Positions 14,043 through 23,660 of a stretch of 28,948 nt of DNA are shown in pieces (position 1 is the first letter of the stretch; the number at the start of each line of letters is the position of its first letter). Both the position numbers and the translations under genes were made by a program. Below the pieces are notes generated by a model. That model made no database searches and was not told where the DNA came from. It saw only the letters and a program-made list of their open reading frames with translations. The stretch lies in IMG/VR virus record IMGVR_UViG_3300034130_000002, positions 1 through 28,948 of that record; one strand, written 5' to 3'. The stretch is from a virus (lineage: Duplodnaviria > Caudoviricetes).

Positions 14043-16940
14043 TCACATCTCCATTGCTGAGGCAGTAACACCAGTAATCGAAGCGGTACCGCCGGTTACG
14101 GCCATGACTGAAACGTCGAACCAGTAAGCCGTGCCCACGGTGAGCCCGGCTACTGGTGCCGCCACACAGAATCCGGACTTCTGCAAGGCGCTGATGCTGG
14201 TGCTTGTCTGCGCGATACCAACCAGAGTTCCGCTCACAGCGGCCCCGTTGATCGGCGCAGTGCCGGTTCCGTAGCGAATGTCGATGGTGACGCCATCGCC
14301 AGCCGTGGAGTTGGCCATTTGCCCGCTAACGCTGACCCAGATCCGGGTGCTCAGGACTGGGGTGATTGCGCCGCCCACAGACATCATCACAGCGGTCGTA
14401 GAAGTTGTCCCGGTAGGTGCGGCCAGGGTGTGCACAGTGGGTGTCGTGCCCGTGGTCAAAATGACCCCGTCGGCATTGTCTGCGGCTGACTTGGCATGTA
14501 CCTGTCCGGTGGTGTCCGTGTAGATCTGCCCGAGAGATCCCTGGTTACTGGGGGCGGAAGATTCAGCCATCTGCATGACGCCGTTGCCGGTAAAGATCAC
14601 TTTGTTGACTGCGTTTGTACCTATGACAAAGCCGTTCCCGGTAGTAATGCCGGACCCGTAGATGGCGTTTAGCCAGCCATTGGTGTGGTCTGGAGCTTGA
14701 AGATTCAGCCCAGCGTTACCTGGGGAGTTGGAATAAACTACCGGGTACCCCGCGCCAGTGGTCTGATTCACCATGGAGAATCCTGTCGATGGCAGCGTAA
14801 ACGTCCCATTGGTGGCCGTGATGTTCTTGAATATCTGCGCCGTCATGGTGCCTGCTGCGGACGGAGTGTACAGGCTATAAGGCGACGTGTAGTAGAAGCT
14901 TGTTGCGCTGATCCAGGTTATTGTGGCTGCGAAAGTGTTGATGCCCTGCGTCGTAGACCCAGCCACCACAACAAGATCCCCAGTAACGCCGTTGTGTGCG
15001 CTGCTGGTAACAATGGTGACTAGCGTTCCAGCACTGACTGGGCTGGTTATCACATTGCCCTGCACCGCAGAAGTAACCGTGGCCGGGACAGAGGACAGTG
15101 GTTGAATGATGTTGTAGCTTTGTCCTGCGTCTGTTTGCTGAATGACGTTGTTTCCGTTGAATGGAAATGCGGTGCCAGAACCTGACGCACAGTACAACTT
15201 CTCCCTGTACGTTGAACCTAAGTCCTTGATGCCGCTTTCACCGAACGAAATTCCAGGGGACTGTGTGAAGTTGGAGCCTATACCTGGGGTTTCAAGTGAC
15301 TGCACAACGTCGCCGTAACCAACGTCAAGGGAAGTTATTGCGTTAGTGGCATTGGTGTCGAGCGTAACGACGGAGCCCGAAACACTCAGGACCGTAGCAA
15401 TGAGCGGGGCGCTTGATAACCCCGCAGTTGGGATATGCACCTGTCGCCCAGCGACTATGCCAGTGGTAGAAGCCACGGTCAGCGAAGCCGACCCTGCTGC
15501 GATGGTGCCAGTAGTGTGCCCAGCTATTACCATCATAGAATTAGCACAATAGAACTGGCCAGTTATGGGGGTGAGGTTTGACCATGCAGCATGTGTGCGG
15601 TAATCCGCACCGACATCCAGAGTAACGCCGACGGTGGGGAACCCAAGCGGAGGGTTCGACATGGAGTCGATGGTGACGTGGTCCAGGTCAGGTCCGTGGG
15701 TGGTAGCACCCTCTACCAGCACACCCCACCCAGAATATCCGCACTGAAGGTAGCCGTGTGCCAAGGTGTTCCCGCCACCGCCATTGATGGTAAGTTGGTA
15801 GCCATGAACGACGGCGGAAGAGAAGTTGTCAACTACACACTCAGTCACCCAGCCGTAGGCACCGCCCAAGTCGTAGTAGTAGATCCCGTAGGCACCAACT
15901 GCGTTGGTTGTTATGTGCACGTGCGTAACGTGGTTGAAGCTGGTTGGGTTAACATTGGTGTTGGTAAACTCCAAGCCGGCCTTCTGGAAATTAATGATCT
16001 GGAGATTGTCAGAATCACATTTGTACGCCCCGTCTGCGTACACCAGACCATACTGCATACTGCTAGTCGGGTCGGAGATGCATAAATCTCTGACGGAGCA
16101 CCCAGAGGTTACGGTGGCTCCGTCAGATATTTGCACTGCCGGCAGAGCAGAGTTGTAAGCGCACAGATAGTTGTTGGACGGCGTATGGTCGATCTGCGAT
16201 GTTCCTGCGCCTTTGATCGTAACGCCGTAGCCTTTGAGCACTACGTTGGCGTAGATATACCCTGGTGGGATAAGCAGGGTGCCGCCCCCAGCCGTGTTTA
16301 GGTAAGCAATAGCTGCCGTAAACGCGGGGGTCTGGTCTGCCGTGGTGTTCATCACCGCGCCAAAGGATCGGATGTCCACCGAGCGCGCGTCGAGGCTTTG
16401 CTGTAAGGTCAGCGGGGTAGAACTTCCCGTGGCGGTGTAGTTGATGGACCCTGGGGAGCCACCGGAAGGCGTGTTCCAGGAGCCGTCCCCACGAAGGTAG
16501 GTGGAGGAAGAGGCGGTTCCGGTGGCGCTGAGGTTGGCGATAGGCACCGGGTTGGGGGCGGAGTTACTGACGATGTCCCTAAGAGTCTGGGCCACCGGGC
16601 GAAGCTGCACCAGCGTTCCAGCCGGCCACGTCTGCGCGGTGGTGCCGTCCATGCCGCGCGCGCAGATGAAAGAGTTGCCGGAGGTGCTGGTAACGTAGAT
16701 GATCTCCCACATGGTGTTGGTGGAGTTGCTAAGTGTGGCGTAGAAGTATTGCCCGGCACTAGGGGACGGGAAGCCGGAATTGCTAGCGACGGCAAACGAA
16801 GTCTGCGCCGAAGTAATTGCGTTGGCGAGAGTGGTCCCGGCGTTGTTGGCGAAAAGCTGGGTGCTCTGCGCGCGTAGGACACACAATGGCAACGCCATGA
16901 GCGCCAACGCAATGATGAAGCGTTTGAAAAGTGTGTGCAT
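14043..16940 (-). CDS. Tailspike-like protein (beta-helix/pectate-lyase-like) with N-terminal signal peptide
   Basis: LFANNAGTTL...WEII.VT...ARGMDGTTAQTWPAG virion-anchor-type domain; SVDIRSFGA...DQTPAF.AAI...GGGTLLIPPGY beta-helix cap; RBS AGGAGA. Confidence 0.8.
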   Translation of the reverse strand: MHTLFKRFIIALALMALPLCVLRAQSTQLFANNAGTTLANAITSAQTSFAVASNSGFPSPSAGQYFYATLSNSTNTMWEIIYVTSTSGNSFICARGMDGTTAQTWPAGTLVQLRPVAQTLRDIVSNSAPNPVPIANLSATGTASSSTYLRGDGSWNTPSGGSPGSINYTATGSSTPLTLQQSLDARSVDIRSFGAVMNTTADQTPAFTAAIAYLNTAGGGTLLIPPGYIYANVVLKGYGVTIKGAGTSQIDHTPSNNYLCAYNSALPAVQISDGATVTSGCSVRDLCISDPTSSMQYGLVYADGAYKCDSDNLQIINFQKAGLEFTNTNVNPTSFNHVTHVHITTNAVGAYGIYYYDLGGAYGWVTECVVDNFSSAVVHGYQLTINGGGGNTLAHGYLQCGYSGWGVLVEGATTHGPDLDHVTIDSMSNPPLGFPTVGVTLDVGADYRTHAAWSNLTPITGQFYCANSMMVIAGHTTGTIAAGSASLTVASTTGIVAGRQVHIPTAGLSSAPLIATVLSVSGSVVTLDTNATNAITSLDVGYGDVVQSLETPGIGSNFTQSPGISFGESGIKDLGSTYREKLYCASGSGTAFPFNGNNVIQQTDAGQSYNIIQPLSSVPATVTSAVQGNVITSPVSAGTLVTIVTSSAHNGVTGDLVVVAGSTTQGINTFAATITWISATSFYYTSPYSLYTPSAAGTMTAQIFKNITATNGTFTLPSTGFSMVNQTTGAGYPVVYSNSPGNAGLNLQAPDHTNGWLNAIYGSGITTGNGFVIGTNAVNKVIFTGNGVMQMAESSAPSNQGSLGQIYTDTTGQVHAKSAADNADGVILTTGTTPTVHTLAAPTGTTSTTAVMMSVGGAITPVLSTRIWVSVSGQMANSTAGDGVTIDIRYGTGTAPINGAAVSGTLVGIAQTSTSISALQKSGFCVAAPVAGLTVGTAYWFDVSVMAVTGGTASITGVTASAMEM

Positions 16941-16954
16941 CGGTGTCTCCTGAT

Positions 16955-17254
16955 TCAGTGCGCTGCGGGCGCACGACGTTGCGGGGGCTTTGGGGGAGTA
17001 GCGCGGTAGACCGGAGCAGGCTGCTCCTGCTGGCCAGATGGTGAGAGCCCTGCCACGGTTTCCAGCCGCGTCATGCGCTGCTCCATCTGCACTTGCCAGC
17101 GCTGAAAATCACCGCGAAGACCGCTCGTAGCTTCAGACTGATTCTGTACAGCCTGGATAATGACCTCGCCGCCAATTGCGACGAGCCCTGCGATAAAGGC
17201 TAGTAAAGCAGGGGTCAGCCACTCTTTCACTTGCTGTTTGTTTGGCGGGGCCAT
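16955..17254 (-). CDS. Single-TM protein with coiled coil
   Basis: LTPALLAFIAGLVAIGG hydrophobic segment, then MEQRMTRLET and a Pro-rich tail; RBS AAAGGAGG. Confidence 0.7.
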   Translation of the reverse strand: MAPPNKQQVKEWLTPALLAFIAGLVAIGGEVIIQAVQNQSEATSGLRGDFQRWQVQMEQRMTRLETVAGLSPSGQQEQPAPVYRATPPKPPQRRAPAAH

Positions 17255-17287
17255 AATAGTGCCTCCTTTCCACAGAAGATTTTCTTA

Positions 17288-18583
17288 CTACGCAATAACT
17301 GACATGAGCCCGTTGTAAACGGTAATCATATCATAGCCAGAAGCGCAGGACGCTCTTATGTCAAGAACGGCGGGCGCATTCGTGTAGAATACAGTGCTGA
17401 TAGCGCTATAAACGCCAAGGCCAGCACCACTGCTGTCTTGTGTGTTCCACATCGAAACGTTGCACGTAGCCGTTCCAGCCGCCCCAACCGCTGTGCAGGT
17501 TATTATGCAATCAAGCCTAGCCATTATCGTAGTTTCGCCAGGGTAGCCGTCCGGGCAATTGGTTCCTGGCAACTGTGTGCCACCGTAATACAGGCTGAAC
17601 ACAGCGGCAACTCCAATTGGGCAATTAATCGTTAGCCACATCTCTATTTTTATGCTCTTACCGACAACCCAGAAATTAGCGGGGAGGACGTTAGTTCCTA
17701 CGAAGTTAGATGATGGGAAAATGCTGCTAGGAACTGCGCCTACAGTATTATTCCCGTAAGTTGCGCTAAGCGAAGCCAGAACGCCAAGGCCGTACACAGA
17801 CACCGGAGTAGCTGACGCGCCTTCGTTGAACACCGGGCACTTTTGCGCGGAACTTACGGAGCTTGCGGGGACGGCGTCCACTACAATCCAGTAGGTTCCG
17901 TTGTAAAGGCACTGCGAAATCAGCCCAGAGTAGATGTTGGCCGGAATCAGGTTTCCGCCCTGGTCATACTGCATCAAGCTTTTTGCCCCTGTTCCAGACA
18001 CGCTCAGCGTGTTGGACCCAGTGGTTCCGGCAGAGGTGAACAACACCACGTAGCTAGCACCAAGTGCCAAGGAGGACAGTGCAGCCGTGGGGGTGAGCAC
18101 ATAAGCCGGTGCGGTTCCGGTGGCGGTAAAGGTGGTGGCGTTGTTGAACGATGGCCCAGACCACCCAGCCCAGCCGGTCATGGCTGAGTTGGGGTCCTGC
18201 GTGTTGTTGGTCACCGTACTGACCACCGAGCCAAGCCCCGTGTTGAGTTGTAGCACCGTGCCGACCGGGTAGCCACCTATCGCCGCTGCCAGAGTGGCGT
18301 TGAACTTGAACTGCCCGCCAGCGTTTACCCACGCCTGGAATGCCGTGAGATAGTTGAAGATACCGTTCACGTCGCCGCCATTAGGACCGGTGCCGCCAGC
18401 ATTGGGGTTTGTCATCTCGATGATCGGGAAACCATCCGCAAGTGACGCGCCGGTGGGAGAGTTGGACGGTGATGCGAGCACGCCACCACTTATCGTGCCG
18501 AGGGCGTTCACCGTTCCCTGTGCCGTGCCACCACCAGAGGCCCAAGCCTGGTAGATCAAGGTAGGATAGCTGAGTGCAACCAT
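17288..18583 (-). CDS. Tail fibre protein
   Basis: ASLADGFP...AGG.GP.GGDVNGIF...AIGGYPVGTVL...NNTQDPN N-terminus typical of fibres that follow DUF2612 genes. Confidence 0.82.
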   Translation of the reverse strand: MVALSYPTLIYQAWASGGGTAQGTVNALGTISGGVLASPSNSPTGASLADGFPIIEMTNPNAGGTGPNGGDVNGIFNYLTAFQAWVNAGGQFKFNATLAAAIGGYPVGTVLQLNTGLGSVVSTVTNNTQDPNSAMTGWAGWSGPSFNNATTFTATGTAPAYVLTPTAALSSLALGASYVVLFTSAGTTGSNTLSVSGTGAKSLMQYDQGGNLIPANIYSGLISQCLYNGTYWIVVDAVPASSVSSAQKCPVFNEGASATPVSVYGLGVLASLSATYGNNTVGAVPSSIFPSSNFVGTNVLPANFWVVGKSIKIEMWLTINCPIGVAAVFSLYYGGTQLPGTNCPDGYPGETTIMARLDCIITCTAVGAAGTATCNVSMWNTQDSSGAGLGVYSAISTVFYTNAPAVLDIRASCASGYDMITVYNGLMSVIA

Positions 18584-18592
18584 GTTGTCTCC

Positions 18593-19696
18593 TTATACAG
18601 TGATGGCGGCGTAATTGCCGTTTACAAAAGGTGTGGCGGAAACGTACGCACCACCATTACCAAACGGCGTGCCGAACCCTGATTCAGCAAATGAGAAAAC
18701 CGCGCCCTTGGCGTAGCTTCGGTAGCAGTAAATCAGCACTCCGGCTGGGCGCGACAGCACTCCGGCGTTGATGATCAGGTAGTAGTCAAACACGCTGATG
18801 TTGGTGAACGTTAGCTGCATGGCCATGTTGCCGAGTTCACTGGTGTAGCACGAATACGCCCCGAAGAGGTTGCACACAAGCTGGTTATATGCTTGTGCGG
18901 AGCAATTGGAGATGTTGGCGAGCGCCTTCACAAGGATCAGTGAACGGTAGACATCGTCGCTAAGACGATAGACGGTGTTCACTGCGGCACCGCCATAGAA
19001 TGGTGCAGACCCACCAGGAGCGAAGGGTGTATTGACGCCGGTTTCTGCAAAGTAAAAAATGCTCTGCGTTACGATTGCAGAAAGCGGCATGTTGACGTTG
19101 CGCTTGACACCCACAATGCGGCCCCAGATGTCCAGTCCGTAGCCAGTGGCAGAGTTGATGTTCCATATCTGGTTGTAGAAGTTGAAAAGATTTGCCGACG
19201 CATCAACGTACGCGTTCATGTTGTTGATCAGCGTAAGCAGGATGGGTGAGTTTGCGTACTGGCTGATGATTGTTTCTTCACAATTCAACGTCCACGGCGC
19301 GGCGAGCATATTCTCAGACGCTACTGAAATGCTCCCGGAAAGCGAAGATACTACGCCGTTCACACACCGAACGAGCGCGTACGCTCCTACGCCACCTATC
19401 ACCGAGCCAGACAATTGCGTTGACACAAAAACGTTTGCGGGGACATCAGCACCGCCAAGCATGGACCCAAGCTGCGTCATGGATGGCGTAAGGGATAGCA
19501 CTTCGACAGAACCGCCTGCGCCAAACTCCGAGGACCCAAATGCCGAAGATCCCAGCGTGCCAATAGCCATGCTGGTTTCCACGGAAAGATACGGCGAAGT
19601 ATTTAGCAAGCCGCCACTAATGGATGTGACAATCAGCGTGCCGCCGCTAATGGAGGCTACGAGCGAAATGTATGGGTAGCTGTCGTTGACTATCAT
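18593..19696 (-). CDS. DUF2612-type baseplate wedge protein with N-terminal extension
   Basis: TIISQYANSPIL...IWNINSATGYGLDIWGRIVGV.R...LSDDVYRSLILVKALANI...RPAGV. Confidence 0.85.
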   Translation of the reverse strand: MIVNDSYPYISLVASISGGTLIVTSISGGLLNTSPYLSVETSMAIGTLGSSAFGSSEFGAGGSVEVLSLTPSMTQLGSMLGGADVPANVFVSTQLSGSVIGGVGAYALVRCVNGVVSSLSGSISVASENMLAAPWTLNCEETIISQYANSPILLTLINNMNAYVDASANLFNFYNQIWNINSATGYGLDIWGRIVGVKRNVNMPLSAIVTQSIFYFAETGVNTPFAPGGSAPFYGGAAVNTVYRLSDDVYRSLILVKALANISNCSAQAYNQLVCNLFGAYSCYTSELGNMAMQLTFTNISVFDYYLIINAGVLSRPAGVLIYCYRSYAKGAVFSFAESGFGTPFGNGGAYVSATPFVNGNYAAITV

Positions 19697-21291
19697 GCGA
19701 GCACCAAAGTTATTGTGCCGAGACTTGGGATCTGGTTGATATTCGTCGCTACCTGCGTAGCCGACGGCGTGCCAGTACCGATAAGCACGCTAATGATGGA
19801 TGCGCCAGGAATCACCTGTGCAACGGTGGTGTAGAAGCGTGATGCGTACACCGTGGCCCCTATTTGCGCTACCGGCGATCCACCATCGGCGCCCGTGAAC
19901 GCTAGCGCCAGACCAGACGACGCTTGCAATAGCGCCAGAGAGTTGCTCGGTGGATTCGAGGCTGCGGCAAGCGTAACCTGGACGTTTATCGGCACCGTTA
20001 CTGGCTGTGTGTAGCTCACGTAGTACGTTGGCTGCGGAGAAGGGAATGTCGTGTCGTAGGTCGTTACCGTCGTGGCCGACCACATGGTGATCCCGCTGAG
20101 CGTGCCCGGCGTAGCGCTGAGGGTCCAGGAAGTGCCAGCCCCGCCGATGATGGTGACCGGAGCACCGGCGTTGAAGTATGGCAAACTAGATGGAGCGGAA
20201 AGGAGCGTCTGGCCGATGGCGAGCGCTCCAGAGGATACGGACGACACGGTAAGCGTCACACCGGAAACGCTTCCTACGAAAATAGCACTTGGCGCGTAGG
20301 AACAGCCGAGAGATTTTTTGATCCAGATAGCCTGGGAAATGAGCGTAGCGCTGCCGCCGTACGCCGAGACGTAGACCGAGTTGCCGGGAACAGTGATGCC
20401 GCCCTGCGTGACGGCGACGTTGCTGGAGTTGTCAAAGACGTACACCGAAGAAGGCGGGTTTGTCACACCATAAAGTGATGCGGACCCCGTTCCGGAACCT
20501 GGCCCGGTAGCGGTGAAAAGTGTCCCCACGGCGGCGCTCGAAGCCCCGATGTCGCTCCAGACCGTAGTGCCGAGCGACACGATCTGGTACTGGTTGCCTG
20601 CCACAAAACTTCCAGCAGGAACAATGTACTGGCCCTGCAAAATGGCGCCGCGAATAGCTTGTGCCGTGTTCGTGGAGTTTGATGCCACGGATGCCGCGCG
20701 GCGAAGCTCGAATTGTTGCGCGTTCTCAGTGTTGCTCCCTAGCGTGGCCTGCACGGGACTCGCTATGGCATCCCACCCAGGAGTGACTTGGTAGATCGTC
20801 ATCGGCCCAACGTAAGCGGTAGGCCCAGGAGCCATGTTTACAAGAAGGAGCGGCGTAGACCCAGACGTGAGCGTGACGGCAGAAAGAAGTTGATACAGAC
20901 TTCCGGCCGCGTCCACTGCCACCGCGATACCGCTACCTATCACAGTGCCGACGATGCCCGTGGCGTAGCCAGTTACCGTAGTTCCAGTTGCCGCAAGCCT
21001 CTGCATGTACCAGATGTTGCCAATGGCGTCCTGCATCAAACCTTGCGCGTACTGTGGGTCCACTTGGGAGCAGACATTGAGCACGGCCGAGTAGCAGTCG
21101 GCTATGCAAGCTGCCATGGATGTGGCCAATTGCCCTTGCGGGGTCGATAGCGACGACGTGTTGTTGAGGGAAAGATTGAGAGTGCCGCCAAAAGCTGCCT
21201 GGAGGTCCATGATCACGCCGGCAAGAATATCTTGCTCGGTGGGCATAGTGTACCCTGTGGCGGTGAGCGTTGGTGTCGGGACGTTGGTCAT
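19693..21291 (-). CDS. Baseplate J-like (gp47-like) protein with inserted domains
   Basis: PTEQDILAGV...STPQGQLA...VDPQYAQGLMQDAIG...ENAQQFELRR..SVA; synteny. Confidence 0.87.
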   Translation of the reverse strand: MTNVPTPTLTATGYTMPTEQDILAGVIMDLQAAFGGTLNLSLNNTSSLSTPQGQLATSMAACIADCYSAVLNVCSQVDPQYAQGLMQDAIGNIWYMQRLAATGTTVTGYATGIVGTVIGSGIAVAVDAAGSLYQLLSAVTLTSGSTPLLLVNMAPGPTAYVGPMTIYQVTPGWDAIASPVQATLGSNTENAQQFELRRAASVASNSTNTAQAIRGAILQGQYIVPAGSFVAGNQYQIVSLGTTVWSDIGASSAAVGTLFTATGPGSGTGSASLYGVTNPPSSVYVFDNSSNVAVTQGGITVPGNSVYVSAYGGSATLISQAIWIKKSLGCSYAPSAIFVGSVSGVTLTVSSVSSGALAIGQTLLSAPSSLPYFNAGAPVTIIGGAGTSWTLSATPGTLSGITMWSATTVTTYDTTFPSPQPTYYVSYTQPVTVPINVQVTLAAASNPPSNSLALLQASSGLALAFTGADGGSPVAQIGATVYASRFYTTVAQVIPGASIISVLIGTGTPSATQVATNINQIPSLGTITLVLA

Positions 21292-21710
21292 AGCGTTACT
21301 CCAGAGGCTTCTCCGTTGACATCCAAAATTTTCACCGTGCCCGTGATGTCCCGCGACGGGTTGCCATTCGCATCCAAGTTAGACACAGATGCCACAGCTT
21401 CAACAACGTTAGGCACTGTGAGCGCGGCTTGCTGCATCAAGGAGTTGATGATTGCGGCATTGTACTGCTGTGCGAACACTTGCCCAAAGTATGGAACGCC
21501 GAGCGTCGTGTCGTAGTACAGCTCTCCCTGAAACAACTTGATAGCGGACGCCACATCCTGCGCAACGGCCAACCCCTGGGTGTTCAAGGCGATGTCCTGA
21601 TTCTGCAAAGTTGGCTGGAGCACGGAAAGGGACGCCGCCGTGGGGGCGGTGGTAAGATCCCATCCGTCGGAGTCTGGCGATAGCGCGAGCGTGGAAATGT
21701 AGGTTGTCAT
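21288..21710 (-). CDS. Baseplate wedge / sheath initiator (gp25/gp46-like)
   Basis: WDL...AVAQDVASAIKLFQGELYYDTTLGVPYF; synteny. Confidence 0.8.
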   Translation of the reverse strand: MTTYISTLALSPDSDGWDLTTAPTAASLSVLQPTLQNQDIALNTQGLAVAQDVASAIKLFQGELYYDTTLGVPYFGQVFAQQYNAAIINSLMQQAALTVPNVVEAVASVSNLDANGNPSRDITGTVKILDVNGEASGVTL

Positions 21711-21714
21711 ATCA

Positions 21715-22494
21715 TCACCCCGTAGGACCGGTAGACGTGACCGTGCTGCCGCCAGTCTGAATGCCAGGAACTTGGTGCGTATGGTTGTCGAGTGTATGGC
21801 CGTTGGAGGTTATCTGCGCGGTAGACACGATGGGCGTACTGACGGTGATCTGCCCGCTACTTCCGCCAGTTACCGCGCCCTCAAGCTCGGTACCACCAAC
21901 CACGACCAAGTTCTCGTCCACCTGTGAGTTTCCGGTGACGGTGGAGTTGCCGTTCACTACCAAGTTGGTGTTGACGGTGAACGCGGAAGGCGTGAGCACG
22001 GCCGACACGCCGCCCAGAACTATGCTGATGGCTGCTGGCGTTACCTGGATGTAGTTAGTCGGCGCGGTTCCGAGATTCCACCCACCAAAATAGAGCGCAT
22101 CGGCGAAATTGAACCTGCGCGCCGACGCCGGAGCGCCGGCGGCACCAGTGGACTTGATGGAAGAGATGTCACGATCCGCGAAGAGCGCGAACCCAATATC
22201 GTTCACCACTGGATCGATGATCAGCGCATTGGCGCCGCCTTGGACACGAAGATACGGCACCCCGAAAATCGTAGTGGCGGGCCACACGGCCCCAGAACCA
22301 TCAACCTGCCCAAGGAGCGGAAGCACGTCCACCGTACCCACGGCCGAAGTACCGCCGCCGTATACAGCCACTACCTGCACCAGCGTTGCGACATTGAGCT
22401 TGGCGAGTGCGCGCTTGACCGCGAAGTCAAGCTGGTTCTTGCTAGTGTTGCCACTCGCAAGTTCCTGCTGGGGAATAACCGGGCGATCCGCCAT
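21715..22494 (-). CDS. Baseplate central spike (gp138/gpV-like)
   Basis: N-terminal OB-fold-type segment (VDVLPL...VPY.R.QGG...DP...DIG...FADRDIS), beta-repeat region and C-terminal HTLDNHTH His motif. Confidence 0.87.
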   Translation of the reverse strand: MADRPVIPQQELASGNTSKNQLDFAVKRALAKLNVATLVQVVAVYGGGTSAVGTVDVLPLLGQVDGSGAVWPATTIFGVPYLRVQGGANALIIDPVVNDIGFALFADRDISSIKSTGAAGAPASARRFNFADALYFGGWNLGTAPTNYIQVTPAAISIVLGGVSAVLTPSAFTVNTNLVVNGNSTVTGNSQVDENLVVVGGTELEGAVTGGSSGQITVSTPIVSTAQITSNGHTLDNHTHQVPGIQTGGSTVTSTGPTG

Positions 22495-23357
22495 CACGCA
22501 CCTACCCAGCTAGCGCTGAATTTCGTTTCCCACTTACCATTTTGCCTCTCGCACTCAAGTTCGTGCTCAAGCCCATGCACGCGCCACTTTCCACACGCTG
22601 CCTGGATGGAACTCTGCACAATTACCAGTCCTCCGAGCTTGATGGACGGATTGTACAGGCACTCCACCTTGATACCCTTCTTGTCGAAAGTAGGGTAGCT
22701 CTTCATTCCAGTCTTAGCTGAGATCACCGGAACGCCTCCCGATCTAGCCGCGCCGCGAGGAGCTATGAACATGACGCCGTTATCTACGCCAAACTCAAGA
22801 TCCGCCGCGTCGGCGAGGTCTGCCGCTTGGTCGTACGCGCTTCCTTGGAGGTATGGGCTGTGGACGCTCGCGGTGACGCCGTTGTTTTCAAATGTGTAGC
22901 CCATCTGCCCAGACAAGTTCTGCATGAGCGTGGCCACAGACTGTCCACCCTTGGAACTCTGCGGAGCGGCGGGGGCTACTCCGTGGTAGAACCCCTCCAT
23001 GCTCTTGATCTCGAACATCAGTTCCGGTGCGCTCTTGTAGTCCGCGCAGGCTTCTGTTATCTCGCCCTGAAACGCCAAACTTGTTCCGTTGGTGTCCCCG
23101 GCAAAAATCTGTAGCTGGTTCTTGGAAACTTGCAGGGCCTTGAACGAAAGCATGGTGAGCTTGTTCATGTCCGCGCCGAGCATTCCATAGACCTTGGCCG
23201 TGGCCTCGTTCTTGGACGGGTGCCCGCCCTTTTTGATGGTGACAGCGATCCGTAGCCCACTCAGCACCTTGACGTTATTTTTTCCGTCGAAAGTACCGCT
23301 GGCAAGCTTGATCGTTGCCTGGATTACTTTTTTGGTGTAGGACAGTGGAGAGGCCAT
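22494..23357 (-). CDS. Baseplate hub protein
   Basis: Size and synteny between the Dit-like and spike genes; ISAKTGMKSYP...CLYNPSIKLGG...GKW. Confidence 0.78.
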   Translation of the reverse strand: MASPLSYTKKVIQATIKLASGTFDGKNNVKVLSGLRIAVTIKKGGHPSKNEATAKVYGMLGADMNKLTMLSFKALQVSKNQLQIFAGDTNGTSLAFQGEITEACADYKSAPELMFEIKSMEGFYHGVAPAAPQSSKGGQSVATLMQNLSGQMGYTFENNGVTASVHSPYLQGSAYDQAADLADAADLEFGVDNGVMFIAPRGAARSGGVPVISAKTGMKSYPTFDKKGIKVECLYNPSIKLGGLVIVQSSIQAACGKWRVHGLEHELECERQNGKWETKFSASWVGA

Positions 23358-23360
23358 GGG

Positions 23361-23660
23361 TCACTTCGTGTAAATGGAAATGTCGCAATTCTGTGTCCCG
23401 AGCGTGACGCTCAACTGCTGTGAGGGGATGTCCTGGAGAGGAATGATCACGTTGGCGTTGCCGGAAGAAACGTAGATCAGCACGTAGCGAGAGTCCAGGC
23501 CAGGACAAATGGGGTCTGTGTTGCCCTGCGTATCCACAAAGCCAATCTGCCCCACGAACCCAAGATAAGGGTAGTTGCCGATTGGTTTGTTGTTCAAACA
23601 CACCATGCCGGTGTATAGCACAGTGCCATTTACGGTGAGGTCACAATAGATCATTGTCAT
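23361..23660 (-). CDS. Small baseplate protein
   Basis: YLGFVGQIGFVDTQG.TDP...GLDSRYVLIY; synteny. Confidence 0.7.
   Translation of the reverse strand: MTMIYCDLTVNGTVLYTGMVCLNNKPIGNYPYLGFVGQIGFVDTQGNTDPICPGLDSRYVLIYVSSGNANVIIPLQDIPSQQLSVTLGTQNCDISIYTK

Noticed and set aside
14043-18583. Diversity-generating retroelement or invertible fibre cassette
   Set aside because: No reverse transcriptase, invertase, template/variable repeat pair or flanking inverted repeats seen in the window.
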